Virus record (IMG/VR): IMGVR_UViG_3300033416_000028
Coordinates: 1-26,344 of that record
Direction: 5' to 3' (one strand)
Length of the DNA stretch: 26,344 bases
Source of the DNA: a virus
Taxonomy: Duplodnaviria; Caudoviricetes
Below are positions 25,270-26,344 of this stretch, one piece after another. Every line of letters starts with the position of its first letter. Position 1 is the stretch's first letter. The notes beneath the pieces are model-generated. The model did not search any database. It was not told where the DNA came from and was given only the letters and a program-made list of their open reading frames with translations. A program made the translations under genes and the position numbers.

Positions 25270-25679
25270 GCGATACCTGCGAATTGACAGCGATCGATGA
25301 TGTCAGCGTGTCCGTCACGCCTGCTGAGCAAAACATCAGCGTGGTGCGCGGCACTGACAACACCTTTGAAGCCATCCTCACCGATGGTGACGGGGAGCCT
25401 GTTGACATCAGCCTTGACACGATCGTGTTCACGGTGCGTGACAAGCCAGGGGGCACCGTGATGATCCAGATCAGCAACGCTCCAGGAACCCACAAGGACG
25501 GGCCAAGCGGGGTGACTGAGTTTGCGATCAGCAAGGCTGACATCACCAACGTGAGCGCGATCCGCTCCACGTTCTGGGTGTACGAAATCAGGCGGATCAG
25601 GCCTGGAGGGGCAGAGCACGTGCACATCCAAGGCCAATTCATAATCACCCCATCAGTGGGAGGGATCGATGGTGACTGA
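25266..25679 (+). CDS. BppU-N-like/Ig-like adaptor protein
   Basis: RGTDNTF...LTD.DG.PVD.S.....FTVR, YEI, G.F.I.P.V pattern; ATGA overlap at 25266. Confidence 0.65.
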   Translation: MSDTCELTAIDDVSVSVTPAEQNISVVRGTDNTFEAILTDGDGEPVDISLDTIVFTVRDKPGGTVMIQISNAPGTHKDGPSGVTEFAISKADITNVSAIRSTFWVYEIRRIRPGGAEHVHIQGQFIITPSVGGIDGD

Positions 25680-25992
25680 TTGCAAGGCGATCATCAAGCT
25701 CCATGAGGGTGACCTCCTGCCCTTCCTGTTCTTTGAATGGGAGGACTCAGGATCGATCGTGGGCTACAGCTTCAAGCTCCACGTGCGCAGGGAGGATGGT
25801 GTCCGCTTCACGCGTGAGGCCGTCATTGATGATGACGGCACGTCCAGCGGAAACGGAGCGTTCCATTTCGAATGGCAGCTTGGTGATCTTGTCCGAGGCA
25901 GAGCCAACGCAGAGGTGGAGATGTGGAACCCTGACAGCAAAAACGAAACCTGGCCAGGGATGATCCTGGACGTGGTGGGAGACATATCATGA
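25669..25992 (+). CDS. BppU-N-like adaptor protein
   Basis: GDLLP, G.F.FEW..GDL..G...AEVE......ETWP pattern. Confidence 0.6.
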   Translation: MVTDCKAIIKLHEGDLLPFLFFEWEDSGSIVGYSFKLHVRREDGVRFTREAVIDDDGTSSGNGAFHFEWQLGDLVRGRANAEVEMWNPDSKNETWPGMILDVVGDIS

Positions 25993-26344
25993 CGGCAGAT
26001 CGCAAGGTGACTATCAGAACCGTAACGGTGATCCGTGACAAGGTGCCCACCCCATCGGGCAATGATGGATATGTGCTCACGGAACTTGGTGGGCTGATGG
26101 CATGGGCAGAGCCATCCCCGGTTTCTGAGGTCACGCAGAGCGCGCTCCACCTGCGCGTTGATCCCGTATCAGGTTCGGACACGCCAACAGTTGACAGGCC
26201 TGCCAGGCTGTACGGTGGGGACTACACAGGCCATCCCTTTGCCACCATCCAGGCTGCCATCGATGCGCTCCCAAACCCGTGGAACGCAAGCTGCCAGATC
26301 ACCCTTGCTCAGGGAGTGCACCCAGGGAACGTGACTATCAACAA
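25989..26344 (+). CDS. Probable beta-helix tailspike/pectin-lyase-fold protein, 3'-truncated
   Basis: Absent from the ORF track because it has no stop in the window. ATG at 25989 (ATGA overlap) reads MTADRKVTIR...LRVDPVSGSD...PFATIQAAIDALP...ITLAQGVH.GNVTI, the usual cap of right-handed beta-helix proteins. Confidence 0.7.
   Translation, partial: MTADRKVTIRTVTVIRDKVPTPSGNDGYVLTELGGLMAWAEPSPVSEVTQSALHLRVDPVSGSDTPTVDRPARLYGGDYTGHPFATIQAAIDALPNPWNASCQITLAQGVHPGNVTIN

Overview
A 26-kb, GC-rich segment of a tailed phage or prophage with a contractile tail. All credible genes are on the + strand, tightly packed and often coupled by ATGA, GTGA or TGATG overlaps. Gene order: a giant (>1326 aa, 5'-truncated) multi-enzyme protein ending in an XkdF/S78-type prohead protease; scaffold; capsid decoration; major capsid; Rho_N-like protein; four head-tail joining proteins; sheath; tube; tail chaperone with a lambda-type GGGAAAG -1 frameshift; tape measure; baseplate genes; a repeat-containing tail fibre; a small Tad2/DUF2829-like gene; a membrane/lysis-type cluster; a second fibre/adhesin module; and the start of a probable beta-helix tailspike. 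The most striking element is the protease polyprotein. It carries nucleotidyltransferase, HiPIP-like 4-Cys, SAM methyltransferase, ATP-dependent ligase, UDG-fold and LigD-type phosphoesterase domains. These are separated by hydrophobic-x-K|(A/S/Q) motifs that also recur through the scaffold, which suggests a protease-processed, capsid-packaged nucleic-acid repair kit. All family assignments come from recognising motifs by eye and from synteny; no database search was run.
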